Assembly (NCBI GenBank): GCA_022813865.1
Contig: JALDZX010000057.1
Coordinates: forward strand, 62,001-126,000
Direction: 5' to 3'
Length of the DNA: 64,000 bases
Source: Xylographa opegraphella
Lineage: Eukaryota
A model generated the notes under the pieces. The model ran no database searches and was not told the DNA's origin. It saw only the letters and a list, made by a program, of their open reading frames with translations. Numbering within the stretch: position 1 is the first letter of the stretch; the number at the start of each line of letters is the position of its first letter. A program made the position numbers and the translations under genes. Of this stretch, positions 11,822 through 24,832 are shown piece by piece.

Positions 11822-12763
11822 ATGGCTCAACGTCCTTCCCCCTCTCCAGCATGGCTCGCGACCCTCAAAGCCACCCAGCTCAAAGCCCTCGCAACCGCGA
11901 TCGGCCTCCCTTCCAGCGGCACCAAACCTGTCCTCACCGCCCGCCTGCTCGCCTCGCTCCCCATCTCCAAGCTCTATCGCCGTAATGGCGCGTCTACATC
12001 CTCGGATCAAGCCCCCCATATCCTCAGCATCGACATGGGCATCCGCAACCTCGCCTACTGCCAGCTTGTCCTACCGGCTAGCTGGCCTGCTTCTAAGCAA
12101 GCAACACGGCCTGCTCTGCCGATGGTTGAGGCCTGGAACCGTACGGCTATAGCCCCACGACCCGTGTCCGTATCGTCTGAGGCGCTATGTGGCACCCAAG
12201 CGAAAGAGCCGTTCGACCCTGCCACCTACGCTCCCTACGCGCACTCGCTTCTCTCCTCTCTCATCCTCTCCGCGGCCCCCCACCCTGCCACCACGATTCT
12301 TATCGAGCGCCAGCGCTTCCGCTCTATGGGCTCCTCTTCCGTCCAGGAATGGACGCTCCGTGTCAACATGTTCGAGGCGATGCTACACGCTGTGCTGCAT
12401 ACCCTCCGTAGCCACGGGATATGGGCAGGAGATGTCTATGCAGTCGAGCCGGGGAGGGTGCAGGCCTTCTGGCTCGGTGACAAGGACGGGAGGAGAGTGG
12501 AGAAGGGGCCTAGGAAAGCGAAGCAGGGCAAGGAGGAGAAGATCAGGCTGGTAGGTCGCTGGGTAGAGGAGGGAGGCGTGGTGGCTCTGAAGGGATTGGC
12601 AGAAGAAACAGGGCAGAGCTTCGTGAGCAAAGGGAGGGGCGGAGTAGGGAAGAAGGACGATTTAGCGGATTGCTTGGTGCAGGGTATGGCGTGGGTACGG
12701 TGGGAAGAAAATAGGAGACGCATTATGAGTGACGGGATGGGGTTTTTGGAGGAATTGGAGTGA
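11822..12763 (+). CDS. cce1: Mitochondrial Holliday-junction resolvase Cce1/Ydc2 (SAP-like N-terminus plus RuvC-like fold)
   Basis: SAP-like LKATQLKALATAIGLPSSGTKPVL, followed by the catalytic motifs ILSIDMGIRNLAYC, ILIERQRFRS and KKDDLADC. Confidence 0.9.
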   Translation: MAQRPSPSPAWLATLKATQLKALATAIGLPSSGTKPVLTARLLASLPISKLYRRNGASTSSDQAPHILSIDMGIRNLAYCQLVLPASWPASKQATRPALPMVEAWNRTAIAPRPVSVSSEALCGTQAKEPFDPATYAPYAHSLLSSLILSAAPHPATTILIERQRFRSMGSSSVQEWTLRVNMFEAMLHAVLHTLRSHGIWAGDVYAVEPGRVQAFWLGDKDGRRVEKGPRKAKQGKEEKIRLVGRWVEEGGVVALKGLAEETGQSFVSKGRGGVGKKDDLADCLVQGMAWVRWEENRRRIMSDGMGFLEELE

Positions 12764-13059
12764 GGAGCTTGGAGATGTGGTTGAAGCAGTCTGTAAGATG
12801 GACTTGTTAAGAGGAATAGCGGAACAAGCACTAGGCTACTCTCAACTATCTAGTTGAAGATTTCGACTAAACACCTGTAGAAGAAGAGGTCAGGAACATC
12901 AACTACCGCATCAAGCACCAAGCTATGGAGATCATTGTAGGACCCAATGCCATTCGACTTTCTAGCTTTATCCAGTGCTTTTCTATCGTCCTCTGTCCAT
13001 GACAAGAGTCTTCTCCTGTTCGACCGTCTCGTCAGAAGGCTCAAATCGCGATAGATTTT

Positions 13060-13542
13060 CTAACGGCGAGATCTCGTACGCCCCACCAGCCTCATCGCCT
13101 CCGCATAGCGCAACTCCTCCTGCAGACCTCCCTTCAAGCCGCTCGGCGGCGCAGCCGTCGCCGCCTGCGCCTTCACAGCCAGTGGAGCACGCGACACCAC
13201 AGGCAGCGCGTCTATCTTGGCGCGCAGGGCAGGGTCATTCGCCATCGCGAGGTCGATGAGCGAGTAGGCAGGTGTTCGGCGAGTCGGTGGCGGAATGGTC
13301 TCCGCAGGACTCCAGACGGCGGGAAGGGACGATGGCGTTTGGGGCACTGTAGCCACCAAGGTCGAGGCGCGGGAGGAGGGGCGGTGAGGCGTCTCTGCCT
13401 TTACACGAGCGCGGCCGTTCTTCATCGCGGCTGCTAGACCCATGGCCGCATCGGCGCTCATAGGCTGCGAGACGTAGAGCGTACCGGTGCGGGAGGGGCG
13501 GACGGTGGTAGGTGGGGTGTGGATAGATATGCTGAATGACAT
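13060..13542 (-). CDS. Hypothetical Ala/Pro/Ser-rich small protein
   Basis: 160-aa ATG-initiated ORF, GC-rich with coding-like codon usage. It is preceded on the minus strand by a CA-rich leader and a TATATA element near 13841..13847. Confidence 0.45.
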   Translation of the reverse strand: MSFSISIHTPPTTVRPSRTGTLYVSQPMSADAAMGLAAAMKNGRARVKAETPHRPSSRASTLVATVPQTPSSLPAVWSPAETIPPPTRRTPAYSLIDLAMANDPALRAKIDALPVVSRAPLAVKAQAATAAPPSGLKGGLQEELRYAEAMRLVGRTRSRR

Positions 13543-15379
13543 AGTGGGCGGTTGATGGTGGGTGGTGGGTGGTGGATGGTAGGAGAGTGGCTTATTTAAT
13601 TTAAGAAGAGGATTGTTCGAAAAAGTTATGAAGAGGCTTTGTCTGAAGAAGGACGTTGTTCCGAAGAAAGAACTTGGTGAAGAAAGAGCTTTGTCGGATG
13701 AGGCTCGAGATGGGACTTTGTCTTCGAAAGAGATCTTGTGTGAAGAAAGGAATTTGTCCGGTGAGAGTTAAGCAAGGTGGAAGCGCAGTTTGACAGATGG
13801 GGATTGTGAGGAAGGAGCGGAGGGGGGTGCAAAGAAGTTCATATATAGGGAATCTTTGATCAGGAAGGTTAGGGTAAGAACTCTGTGAGCAAGTTTTCCA
13901 GTGGGGAGCGGAGAGGTTTAGTGGAGAAAGAGCTCGAGGTCCCCAAAGATGGAAAGTGTGCCAAGGAGAAACTTTGGGAGGTGTTCCTCATGCGGTCGTC
14001 CTGCAAACTTTGAACATGAAAAATGGCTGTGGTTCCGCTGAAGGCACAGAATCTGAGTTGTTGTGGAGAAAGAGCGTACGTGGTAGTGGCATGACGTGTA
14101 GTATCCTCTGATGACCTAGAGCAAGCTCCGTGTGGGACATCAAGAAATTGTTGTTGAGATAGTCCAAATTGTGGATATTACTTGTCACGCCAAATAGTAG
14201 TCACTGAGAGAGGACGGGTCGAGTATGCCGAACACGATTGTTCTTCCCGAATGTACGAGTAGCCCAATGCGATTGAATTGTTCTCCCTACCAGAATCCAC
14301 TATGTCAAAAGCGGGTTAACGGTTAATGTGGTTCTAGAATTAGGAATCATAGTTTGTAGATGTATGAAAAACCCACCAGTGGCGCTTCGAGCAATTCGTT
14401 GTGTCCTGAAATATTATTTAAACATCCTAGAGACAAAAAAAGCAGTCAAGCTTCCATACAAATATGATCGTGATGGTGTAATGGTCCAGTGTTCACTTTG
14501 TGTAAGTCAGTAGCTTCTCAATCATCCTTCCACGGTCCAGTATCACCCATCGCGCAAAGCTTATAGCCTTCTAGGTGCTTCCGAAAGCTTCACGGAGGGT
14601 ATACACTTCAGCAATCTCTTTTGATCGGTCATCCCGAAGTTTCGCTTGCATCTCGAACTGACGGATGTCCAGCTTCTCCTGAAAAAGCTCATTCGAATGC
14701 CTCCGCAATGCACCTGCAGAAGCTTTGTACAAGATTACTTGTTTGAGGTAGGCCGTAAATATTCATGGTCAAGTAAAATACCATGGGCTACTTGGACCCT
14801 CTTGTAAGTTCGGTGAGTGCAAATTCGCCAAGGCAAAGACAAGCAATTGAGCATAGCGCAAGAAGGTGTACATACGTATACTGTAGCCATGATGACGATG
14901 TGAGCGCCCAGATTACTTTTTTGCCTACTCGTGCCGTAATTCAGGAGCAGATGACTCGTTTATGCACAGAGAAATTTGGAGACTGGGAGTGCGCTGTTTG
15001 TATGTGCTTGTCTTAGATCCAGTGGGGGCGGTGGATATCGACCGTCTCTCGAGTGCTGCGAGCTGCTGCGCAAGATTAATCAACTGTTTTGCAGTCGATA
15101 GTCTTTGGCCACATCCATAGAGGCATCTCTGGAACAGCAGACTGCCTGTAAAATCGGACTCTTACACCTTTGTATAAGAGCAAGCGACAGGTAAATAACT
15201 CGGGTGTCTATTAACATGAACCAGTCATGACGGCCTATTCCACGGTATGTATAACAAATACACTATCATTGTTGAGTGCCAGAGATTCATTGGAAATGAT
15301 GTTCTTCAGGGCAAAATGTCAATCTCTTTCGAGGCTACACAAAACACGATGTCGCAACTGGGTGTCGATTCCGAGCACA

Positions 15380-18300
15380 TTAGAATCCCGCTTTTCGCTC
15401 GGGCTTGCGCCTCTTTGGAGCAATAGCATTCCTGCTTATCTGCTCAAAGTGACGACTTCGTAGAGGCATCTCCACGTTTTGGCTGCTACTTTGCATTGCT
15501 TGTGACGTGTGCGGCTGACTACTGAAAAGCCACGCTGAACTTTGTTGAGAAGAAGCTCCATGGGACCCTTGGCCCTGACGCCTCAGACGCTTTCCAAGTC
15601 GAGGTTGTCTTCTTAGACTGACTTCGATCGCTGCATCGCTTTGGGGGAGTGATTTCTGAGTTTCGGCCCAGTTGTATTCTATTGGATCCTCGCCTACGCT
15701 CCAATGACTCAGTATTCGAGTCAATGAATCGGAAAGAGGTGGCTGCGGGTTGATCAATGCCAGAGCCTCTAAGCGCTGGTGAGGAATTAAGTTTGGGGTC
15801 GTGAACGAAGATACAGAAGGCTGCGAGTGCAGACCTGGCGTAAGTTCAGGCGTGGGCAACACTCTTGGTACCTGTGGCAGAAACTCTTGAGATGCTAAGT
15901 CGATTGGGCGATCTGGAGAGATTTCCCGTGTTCGTTCTTTACCTTTTTTCGCAAGACTTGTCACTGACGCTTTGCGCCTCAGTGGAAGAACGAACTCGCC
16001 GTCCTCAGCATTTTTAAGGATCGTTGGATCGTCCTGCTCATTAACATGCGAGCCATACTGCAATCCGTGACATGACAAATGGAGCTGCATAGAAATCTTC
16101 CTCAACCTCTTTTCTATAGATACGCGGGCTCGACCTGGCACTTGCGATCGCAGTGGTTTGATCCACGAATCCAACAACGTTTCGTATAGTGGCATAAGTG
16201 AGATTTGGTCATCATAACCTCTATCGTAAATTGTATTGGCCATCGTCATTGTTAGTAGTGGCCAAATCCTAAGATAATGATCAGATTCTATCTCATGTAC
16301 CAGTTCGGCGCTCGGTATGATGTTTCTCTCATGTATACCATTGACAAATTCTTGCAAGAGGCCGGATGCATTGTCAATATTGCTCATTGAATTGTTGCCT
16401 ATAAGCTCGTACCTATTTCAACATTAGATCCACTATAAAAACATTAGACGAACGTCTCACAGAGATAGGATCCTAGAGCTTTCGACCATGAAGTTATTTA
16501 TGGAGCTCTGCAAGTAGTCAACAAAGTCCTCGGCCGATATACTCTGATAACTAAGTTTTTGATTTCCGGTCTCGATCTCCGTCACAAGCCATGCAAGATC
16601 GATGTTCCGTCGGTGTTTGCATAAATTTGACTTATGTGACAATGCCCAACGGCGTGGCCCTGGAGAGACGGATTCTACAACCGTATGTTCACAGTCTATG
16701 GCGAAGCCATCCTCTACAATAAATATATTATCAAACGTCCATGTTGGCGTTTTTGTGTGGTGCTGTAAACTTCGTCGAGGCAGAAATACTCCCTTTAGTT
16801 CCTGTCCTTGTTCGACAGAAGCGTACAGCCTTTCCGAGATACTGAAGTCGCTAAACAGTATGAACGCTTGAAGGAAGCGTACGCCTGCGTCCATGAGTAC
16901 ACCTCCATAGTCGAAGGGCTCCGCAATCTCAGGCACTGTGTACGGCACGGAGCTAATAAGCATCGTAGCTAGGCTTGGTTGGCATACTCTTAGTAGAGAA
17001 GCTTGGGAAGCGTCCTTGACCGTAATAGCGTCCGTTTGACAATGCTGTATACGCACAACAAAAGGATCTGAGATTGACTGAGGGAGCTGGGTAGATCGCA
17101 CCATAGAGAATTTAAAAACAGTTACGAGTTCTGTCTGGGACGACTGAAGCATAACTTCTACCACTGTAATAATGAGCAGAGTCCACATTGATATTGTATG
17201 AAGCTCACCTTCGAATTGTTCATGAAGTAGCATTTTCAGGCTTCTGTCCTCTCGACTTCGAAAATGCCGCCGTGCAAGCAAAACCTCAAGTGAGGGGGAT
17301 CCTGTATGCTGCCATTTGCCACTATCTAGCTTGAGCCAATATATGCAAAGGGAAGTCAAGACAAAGACGTGACTATAATCAACGGGACTCCTTTGCATAG
17401 CTAGAATCCAGTCAGAACCACCTGCAAGACCAAGATCAGGTCCAATATATCGTTCAGACTTTGACGCAGTAGAATAAATGAATAGATTGCTGCGGCTGGC
17501 TACAACCAGAAAAGTCGTGTCGTCCACCCAGAGAATACTCCCCCATCCGTCGCCAATATGCCTAGAATGTTGGGTGTCTTCCAAATCTGACGATATTTTG
17601 GACGACACACACTTCACAGTCCACAGATTTCTCGTTGAAGATTTACCTTCTATGTTCCAGATGCTCCAGTGGCCTCGCACGTCTAGTACAGCAAATTGGC
17701 GCTGATTCCAGGGATTGAAAGCAACATCGGTATGTTGTGTTCCACCCGTTTGTTCAATGTTAAGATGTACGATCTGATTGGTATCGAGACGCGAAGGTGT
17801 CAAAGTATCCCACAAGGCGTGGTAAGTGCGACGAGTGCCGGCCGCTACAGGTTGACGGCGCAATAAAGGTCTGAGAATGCTTGTTGCACCTGGATATCTT
17901 ACGGCAAGCCAGCTTCCGGGACGACCTTCCTCCTCAGAAAAGCAAACTTGCTGTATCGGTGTTCCATTCCCAACCCACCACCCTTGTTCAGTCATATCGA
18001 TTGCTGGAACAGACAAAGTGACGCCTTTTTTGCCAAGCCAGCTAAATCGCTCTTTCCCGACTCTCAGTATTCGGATAGCTTCCCCTGCTGGGCCTCCTAC
18101 AACAGCCAAAACATCTATCCGTCTCCTCCCGGACGGTTTATTCTCGATATCGGCTGCTGTACCAAAGGCGAGGAGTCTTGTAGTTATGGGATCTGTAGTG
18201 GCAGTAACTTCTATGGCTGTTTCAGATACCTGGGCAAGTGATGGGAGCATGAATGCTGCCGCCGCAATACTTGGCTCAGATCTGGTCAAGTTTCTGATAT

Positions 18301-18558
18301 GCTTGTCCCTAGAAATCGCCGACTGACTTGAATTAGATGGAGCATTCAATAACGTCGATTGCAAAGAGACAACGGAATTTCCTATAGGCTGCCAAAAGTG
18401 CCCTACAGCTTGTAAGCTATATAGTTCACGATCATAGTCAAACGGGCGTTCTTACCAATACCTGGCACTCGCTTGAAATACCATTTCTCGGACTTCGGGT
18501 CATAATTTGCTTCGCCGAGATGTCCGTAAGACAAATCATCAGGGCGTGCTTTGGACAT
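15380..18558 (-). CDS. rrn6: RNA polymerase I core factor subunit RRN6-like (beta-propeller)
   Basis: Exon 1 from ATG 18558 reads MSKARPDDLSYGHLGEANYDPKSEKWYF, followed by a GT-AG intron. Later motifs are GTPIQQVCF, HTDVAFNPWNQRQFAVLDVRGHWSIW and ILSHWSVGEDPIEYNW, with a basic C-terminus ending RKAGF. This matches Pezizomycotina RRN6-like proteins as I recall them. Confidence 0.8.
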
Positions 18559-18819
18559 TTGATTTTAATCTCTTCCGAGGTTGAATCTTTAACGCAAAGG
18601 AGTTCATCTTCAGCACCTAGATGATCAGAAAAGACAAGCCCCTGTAGCAATTATGTACAATCAAAGTTTGCACCCAGTAGCATACAAAATACGGAATATG
18701 AACAAGTAATTTTGGGCGCACTGGTCAAGCACCGAGAAGAATTAGTCCTAGCTTCTGGAGTAGGCGAATATAAGGTACGCAGTAATTGGCGTGCACGGAC
18801 CCTCACCGTCCCAAGCGAA

Positions 18820-18828
18820 GTAAACAAA
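18820..18828 (+). promoter_or_regulatory. Forkhead-type motif GTAAACAAA upstream of SPC25
   Basis: Exact GTAAACAAA about 110 bp upstream of the SPC25 ATG, in the RRN6/SPC25 divergent promoter. Confidence 0.35.
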
Positions 18829-18933
18829 AACCAACAACGTCCGGTCTAAATATCGCATTTCAGAAGTCAGTGGTTCAACGGCTTTCGAACGATCTACCAG
18901 CTGTCATATACACATTGATACTAGAATTCCACA

Positions 18934-19772
18934 ATGGCGACCATGTTCGAGCCCTCTATTTCCACTACAACGCGTGCCCCTCTCTCCTCCGCATCTGCAC
19001 TTTCAATGGCCGACACTTTACCAAGTATCAATTTTGGTTTCGAAGAGTTGCGCGAGCGTATGGCAAGATTCACGCATCGGTTCGACGATTTCATTGCTGA
19101 GGGTCGCAAACGTGTCCTGGAGGAGCGTAACCAATTCCGCATGAACGTTGCAGAACTTCATGGCAAGCGTCTCAGCGTGCTCTATAATGTGATGTCCACT
19201 CAGCTAATAAGTGGTGATATTTTGTAGAGGATCAACGAATAAAAAGGCACTCCATTGAGATCTTGTCTCACAAATCCAGCGCTCATGCACAAAACCTTGC
19301 AAAAGAAGCCGCTGAAACTTCGGAGATGCACGCCGCAATCGCCAGCATAACCTCCCAGCGCGATGTACGTACCGCTCAGCGCGATCGTCTCCGGTCAGAA
19401 ATTGCCTCGGTTCAGGAGACAATATCACAGCGCCTCGACGCCCAGCGCCAGCACGCCGCGTACCTTGACGCCCAAGCGAGGCACAACGTGCCAGAGCTAG
19501 ATTTTTGGCAGGATTATTTGTGCTTGAAAATAGACGGTGCTGGAATGATCGATCGACTGAAGTTTGCTTTTACCCATGTTGACGAACGGGACTGGGATAG
19601 GGAGGCATGGTTTGAGCTCTGTACGGAGAGCAGAGATTACGAGGTCATTGAGATGAGACCGAAGATCGAGAAGGAGAAGATAGATTCATGTGTGGAAAGA
19701 TTGAATGAAAACAGAAATTTGGGGATGTTTCTGAAGGGGATGAGAGAGCTGTTTGTGGAGGTGATGAAATAG
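18934..19772 (+). CDS. spc25: Kinetochore Ndc80-complex subunit Spc25
   Basis: LPSINFGFEELRERMARFT...RKRVLEERNQFRMN, a coiled coil, then the RWD-like C-terminus ELDFWQDYLCLKIDGAG..RLKFAFTHVDERDWDREAWFEL. Two exons are joined by a GC-AG intron at 19163..19227. Confidence 0.9.
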
Positions 19773-20337
19773 CTTGGACGGACGTCATGCAATCGCAAGT
19801 CATTTCAATATCTGAATGTTCAATCTGTATTATTGTTGCATTAATTTAGTTCATACTGAGATAGCGCGAATTTTTATAACGTTTGTGGTTCTTGTTTCAG
19901 TCGTGTGGACCGGCACATAACAACCGCTGACAATGGGGAAGAAAGATGGTCCGTCCAGGCTCCAGACACCAAGGTGTCAAAATTAGCCCACGTTACGAGA
20001 AATCCCCGGTTATCCTCGCTATGCGCTTATACGGTTCATTATCTGACGTTCTCACCAGTCGTTACTCTGTAACTGTAGATGACCACCATATTTGGAACCT
20101 TCTTAATACTGTTAGACATCACATTTCTGGATAACTTTACCAAGCCAGAATATCGGGACTACACACAAAGAAGATTATGAGGTGGGCTTCTGATCCCTTT
20201 CAAAGGCCATACATCTCCCAGCCATCGAAGCAGTCCAGGGCGGCAATTCTTTTCACGGTCGGCGGTTCTGGATGAATGGAATGCTGGTCGCCACTTATAA
20301 GCTGTTCTGCATACTCCATCCTCAATTCGTCCTCGAG

Positions 20338-23300
20338 TCAAAGTTCATCATCCTGATCGATATCTGCGGGCTTCAAGAGCCCCCCGACTTTTTTAGCTCG
20401 TTCGAGCTCCGCATCTTTCAAAGCTTGCCGCTCCAGTTCCCTGTCTTCTGTGAACAGCTCCGCATTGTCGCCAGAGAACTCTTTCAAGCCAATAAGGAAG
20501 TCTCGCAGGTTTGTCTTAAACCTGAGAAGGTCACTCTGGTAAAGAAATAGCCCTTCAATGAATCGTGAAATTTGGACACTGCTCGGCATTAGTGATACTG
20601 CCTGTCTGTCAAGGAGAGAACATACGGCTGAAGATTAGGGAACGCAGTCTGAAGCAAGTTTGTCACAAAGGTAGTCAAGAAATCCTTATTAGAAGTCCCT
20701 GACGGAGAAAGATCGGGTGTGTACACTGGCTGACTGATCTTCCCGGATTCAATCAAGTAGAACATTCGGGCTAATAACATAGATTGTGTTTTGAAACCTG
20801 GTTGTGATTAGTAAGATTGAGATGAACGACTGAAATACTCACCGGCCTTGTGATCGGTATCAGTGAGCACAAAAAAGACATCTTGAAGGATGGTGATAAA
20901 GAATTGCTGGAAGAATATGCCGGATGTGTGCGGGTCAGTATCTGCCATGTTATCGATAAGCTCGATACACATCGTAAGGCCAGTGTTCTCCACTTCGCGG
21001 TTGTCGTGTTTGCTTGCCCACAAGCATGAGTCGATGACAAACTTGAACTGCCGAGTGTCGAGCTTTAGCAGTGCCGGAAAGCAATGAAAGTTTATCGCTT
21101 TGAGGAGCTTAAAAAACTCGACTCGGTGTTCTGGATATTCGGAGAAGTCTTTGTTGATCATCTCTAGCGTGCATTCAAATACGTTCTCCATGATGATCGG
21201 TACTTTGTCTTCCATAAGACTCTGCGCATAGTCAGTACCAGCAGAAGATGTGATCAAAGCAAGATTTAACCGAGTACATGGAGGTGCGAGGGGTCGAACG
21301 TACATGAAGCTTTGTGATGATCGTGGTCATTACATCAAGGACCTCTGCGTCTCTTGCATCTGGGACATTCCGATTATAATCTACCAACACCGCATCCAGA
21401 AGTGCAGGAACAATGTTGGTGTTAACCATTTCATGGTCATCTGCTTTCTGCACATAGCTATCGATGAGCTTCAAGATCTCTTTTTTAATAGTCCGAAGTC
21501 CGCGAACTTTGGGCATTTTCGTAGCAATTGGTCCTGTTTCAGGAGTCAGTTGCAGTTGAATCATTAACGTCGATCCAAAACAGTCTTACCATCTCTCTGC
21601 ACCGCTTCCGATATCATTTGACTAGTTGCGCGATACATCGAAAGCATATCAAGATATATGCGGCCGATTTGCGGATAAAAATAAGTGCCGATAGACGAAC
21701 ATGCAGCAACATTTGTCTTCATGATATTGCCAATCACCTTGATCGTGTCAGCGTCCTGCAACGACGATGGATCCCGGTTCGCCGCCGATATTATCTGATC
21801 CCACTAAATAATGTCAGTATACGATTTGTAAGTTTATGACTTATACATACTGCTGCATTGGGAAAAGACATGAGCTCCTGGATGAGCCTCTCTTGTGTGT
21901 TACGTTGTCCTTGTGCGGAAATCATGTAACCACAAGCTTCGTAGAATGTGTGGACTTGTTGCGGTGATAGATCATTAGTGATCTTTTGCATAGTGCGTAC
22001 AATCTCGTCGATGAATGGCTCAGCTTCCCCTGGTTGCAGAGCGACAAAATGCCGCTTGCACTTGTTGGCGATCTTGATGAACGTGTCGCAAGCCATGTCT
22101 TGGACACCTGTATGACTTCAGTCCCTATCATCCTGATTATCGAACCAACAAATGTGATCATACCTTCGTGTGTCTCGTGCATGAACTCAAACAGCTTGTT
22201 GACGACGGTCTTCAAGAATTTCCAGTGCGCTTTGAGGAATCTCGGGTACTGCCCGACAATATACATGATGTTACTAGCGACAACAGCTTTATTATCTTTT
22301 CCTCGCTTCTGCTCTGTCAACCCAAGAAGATCTTTTATCACAGTCACGAGAAATCGTTTCTCAGTCTCTTCGTTCATCGCACCAGAAATAGAACCAATAG
22401 CCCAGCATAAAGTATTGCAGGCATTCCATGACCACTCAGTATCGTCAACTTGTCGTGCTAGTTTCTCTGACATTATATGCTCGGTATCGACGACATCCAG
22501 ATGGGTAAGATACACGAGAACCTCGCGACTAGTCTTGTACAACTGGATCGTATCACTCTCTTTCACAAATTCCCGCACAATCTCCCCCTCGTCATTCTCC
22601 ACAATGAGAACTTCTTCGGGCCGAACCATGTTCTCAATCATGACTTGCCGTAAGTTGGTAAGTACCTCATCATATTTATGCTTACGTAACGGGTAGTTGG
22701 CAAGCACATTAGGATGAGGAGCGCCACTACTTGACAGACCACTCACACCCATACTAATCAGAGGATTGATATCAGTGATAGGTAACTGTTGCATCTCTTC
22801 GTATAACTCTTGGACGAGCTTTGTCCAATACTCTAGACAGATCTTAAATATTTCTCGGTCTTCGATCTGTGATATCCGTATCAGGTAGAAATGGGAATGA
22901 GTAAGGTAGTCTCGATTTAGGAGATTCTCGATGAGCTTTACAAGTCAGCTTAATAGTTTCGCGGTTAAGACATCTTATACTTACGTTCAGATGAACCGTG
23001 AAGAAGTTGCACAGGAACAATGCAAGGTTCTGCACGAACTCCTGATCCCGCGCGTTGCTTTTCGGATACGTGAACTTGAGATTCACTGAGAGTGGGATGA
23101 TCTCTGCCACGGCAGCTATCACTTCAGTAAACATATGTACAAGCTTCTCGTCGTAAGGGAACTGTGGCCCAATTTGAACACCGCCAATTTCTGTTAGACA
23201 CTTGAGAGTAATATTGCGAAATTCAGGGGTCTTCAAGAACCGGTTCCGCAATGTTTCAATAATTGGAGTTTCGAAGATGTATCCAAGAGGAATCCAATTC

Positions 23301-24165
23301 AAAAATCGGAGGAGGGTTTCCAGAGTAGCGTTAATGAGACTTGTCTGGTTGGCTGTATTTAGAACTTCCGAGCAAAGCTGGAAGATCGCTGCGAACTCAG
23401 TGGACATCGTGTTTTTCAGGTTTTTCGTCTTTACCGAGGTCATCTGGTCAGCAGAAAAGTCAAAGACTTCTTCCGAAAGCAATCGAAGGATAGCCATATT
23501 GTTCTCGCAGATGTACAAACTTTGATGACATGAAGCAATGATCTCGTTGATGAATGTGGGCCAATTATGTGGCCATTCCTGTTTCAGGATAGAAACGAGA
23601 ACCAGGTTCAGCTTGTTGAGGAAGGTTCGTTGAGATTTTAGACTCTCTTCGGTGCTCGAGGTTTCGATGATGAAATTAACAACGAAGTTACGGATACCTT
23701 GGTTAGAACATCAGCTTCTAGCACGAACTAATATGTAGGAACTGACACACCCTGGCATTGATCTCTGGGTAAAACCTTCCATCGGGTAATGATCACGTTG
23801 TCAAGTACTTGTAGGCCCAGATCTGTCTATTGTCAGTCTTCCATCTTCTCTGTTGTTCTATTAACCCACATTTGGTTTGAGGATAAGTAGCCTCCTGTAG
23901 AATCTTGTCCACCAGTAGCCAGGCATCAGGATTTTCCTTGAACTAAATGACATAGAATGGTCAGCTCTATGATAGTGGGGTAGAGGGGTATAATTATGGT
24001 ACCTGGTTCATGGTAGCTTGAGCTTGCTTTTGCTACACAAAACAAAAGTCAGCTATGTATCACCGTATAAGAGCTTTGCCGCCAGTGTGTTCGTACTATT
24101 TCGCCACGGCTCTCGTAGAAGGCCCGCACTGTTGTGTCCAGCTCGGCAACAGACATTGTGGCCAT
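20338..24165 (-). CDS. crm1: Exportin-1 (CRM1/XPO1/KapK), multi-exon
   Basis: Starts [18 protein letters not shown]. Contains [83 protein letters not shown] and [10 protein letters not shown], and ends [15 protein letters not shown]. Has many short GT-AG introns. Confidence 0.97.
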
Positions 24166-24747
24166 CTTCAATCAGAAGGCCTCAACCCGAAGGTCGGTAA
24201 CGAGACTCTTCAACCAAGTAGATGGCCCGTAACACAAGCGCCCTTCAAAGATTGAATCACTACTGTAAACCTTGTTGCGGGCTGCCTTCAACGAAGGAGG
24301 GGCTGATGAGAAGAAAGACCTCTTGAACGTGATGATGAACGACGGGCAACGAAGTTGGTGGCTTTGAGATTACTGATGTCAGCTGTGTGTAGGGTGTTGA
24401 TATAAGTAATTCACTTGATGCACTGAAGAATTCTACTCGTATGGGCTATACTCCGTACGTGAAGCCCATCGCGCTTGTTACCTAGATGGCCACACGCTAG
24501 TAGACTGTTTCGAAGCTCGGGCCGGATCTCTTCCGTCGAACCGAATGCAGTGGCTTAGCTCGGATATTGGCATGTGTGGAAAACCCCTTTGTTCTAATTT
24601 ATACGTACGATAAATATACTGCGAACTTAACTTGACACTCACATTTTTCCATGACACTAGACACAAGAGTGTGTTTGACTACTCCTGGTGGAGCATATTT
24701 AATGTACTATATATATCCAATGTGAGCCATCATCATCCATCAATCAA

Positions 24748-24832
24748 TCCGGGATGGTCTAGTGGTCATGATTTCCGCTTGTCATTCAATGACAAGCCGC
24801 GGGAGACCGGGGTTCGATTCCCCGTCCCGGAG
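24748..24832 (+). tRNA. tRNA-Asp (GTC) with ~13-nt intron
   Basis: Acceptor stem TCCGGGA/TCCCGGA with discriminator G. D-loop AGTGG, anticodon stem TCCGC/GCGGG with GTC at 24781..24783, intron about 24785..24797, T-arm CGGGG-TTCGATT-CCCCG, and a downstream T-run Pol III terminator. Confidence 0.95.

Noticed and set aside
14490..14900. Possible small spliced minus-strand gene (ATGGCTACAGTATAC|GTATGT ... CTGCAG)
   Set aside because: Splice signals exist, but I could not build a convincing or recognisable protein.
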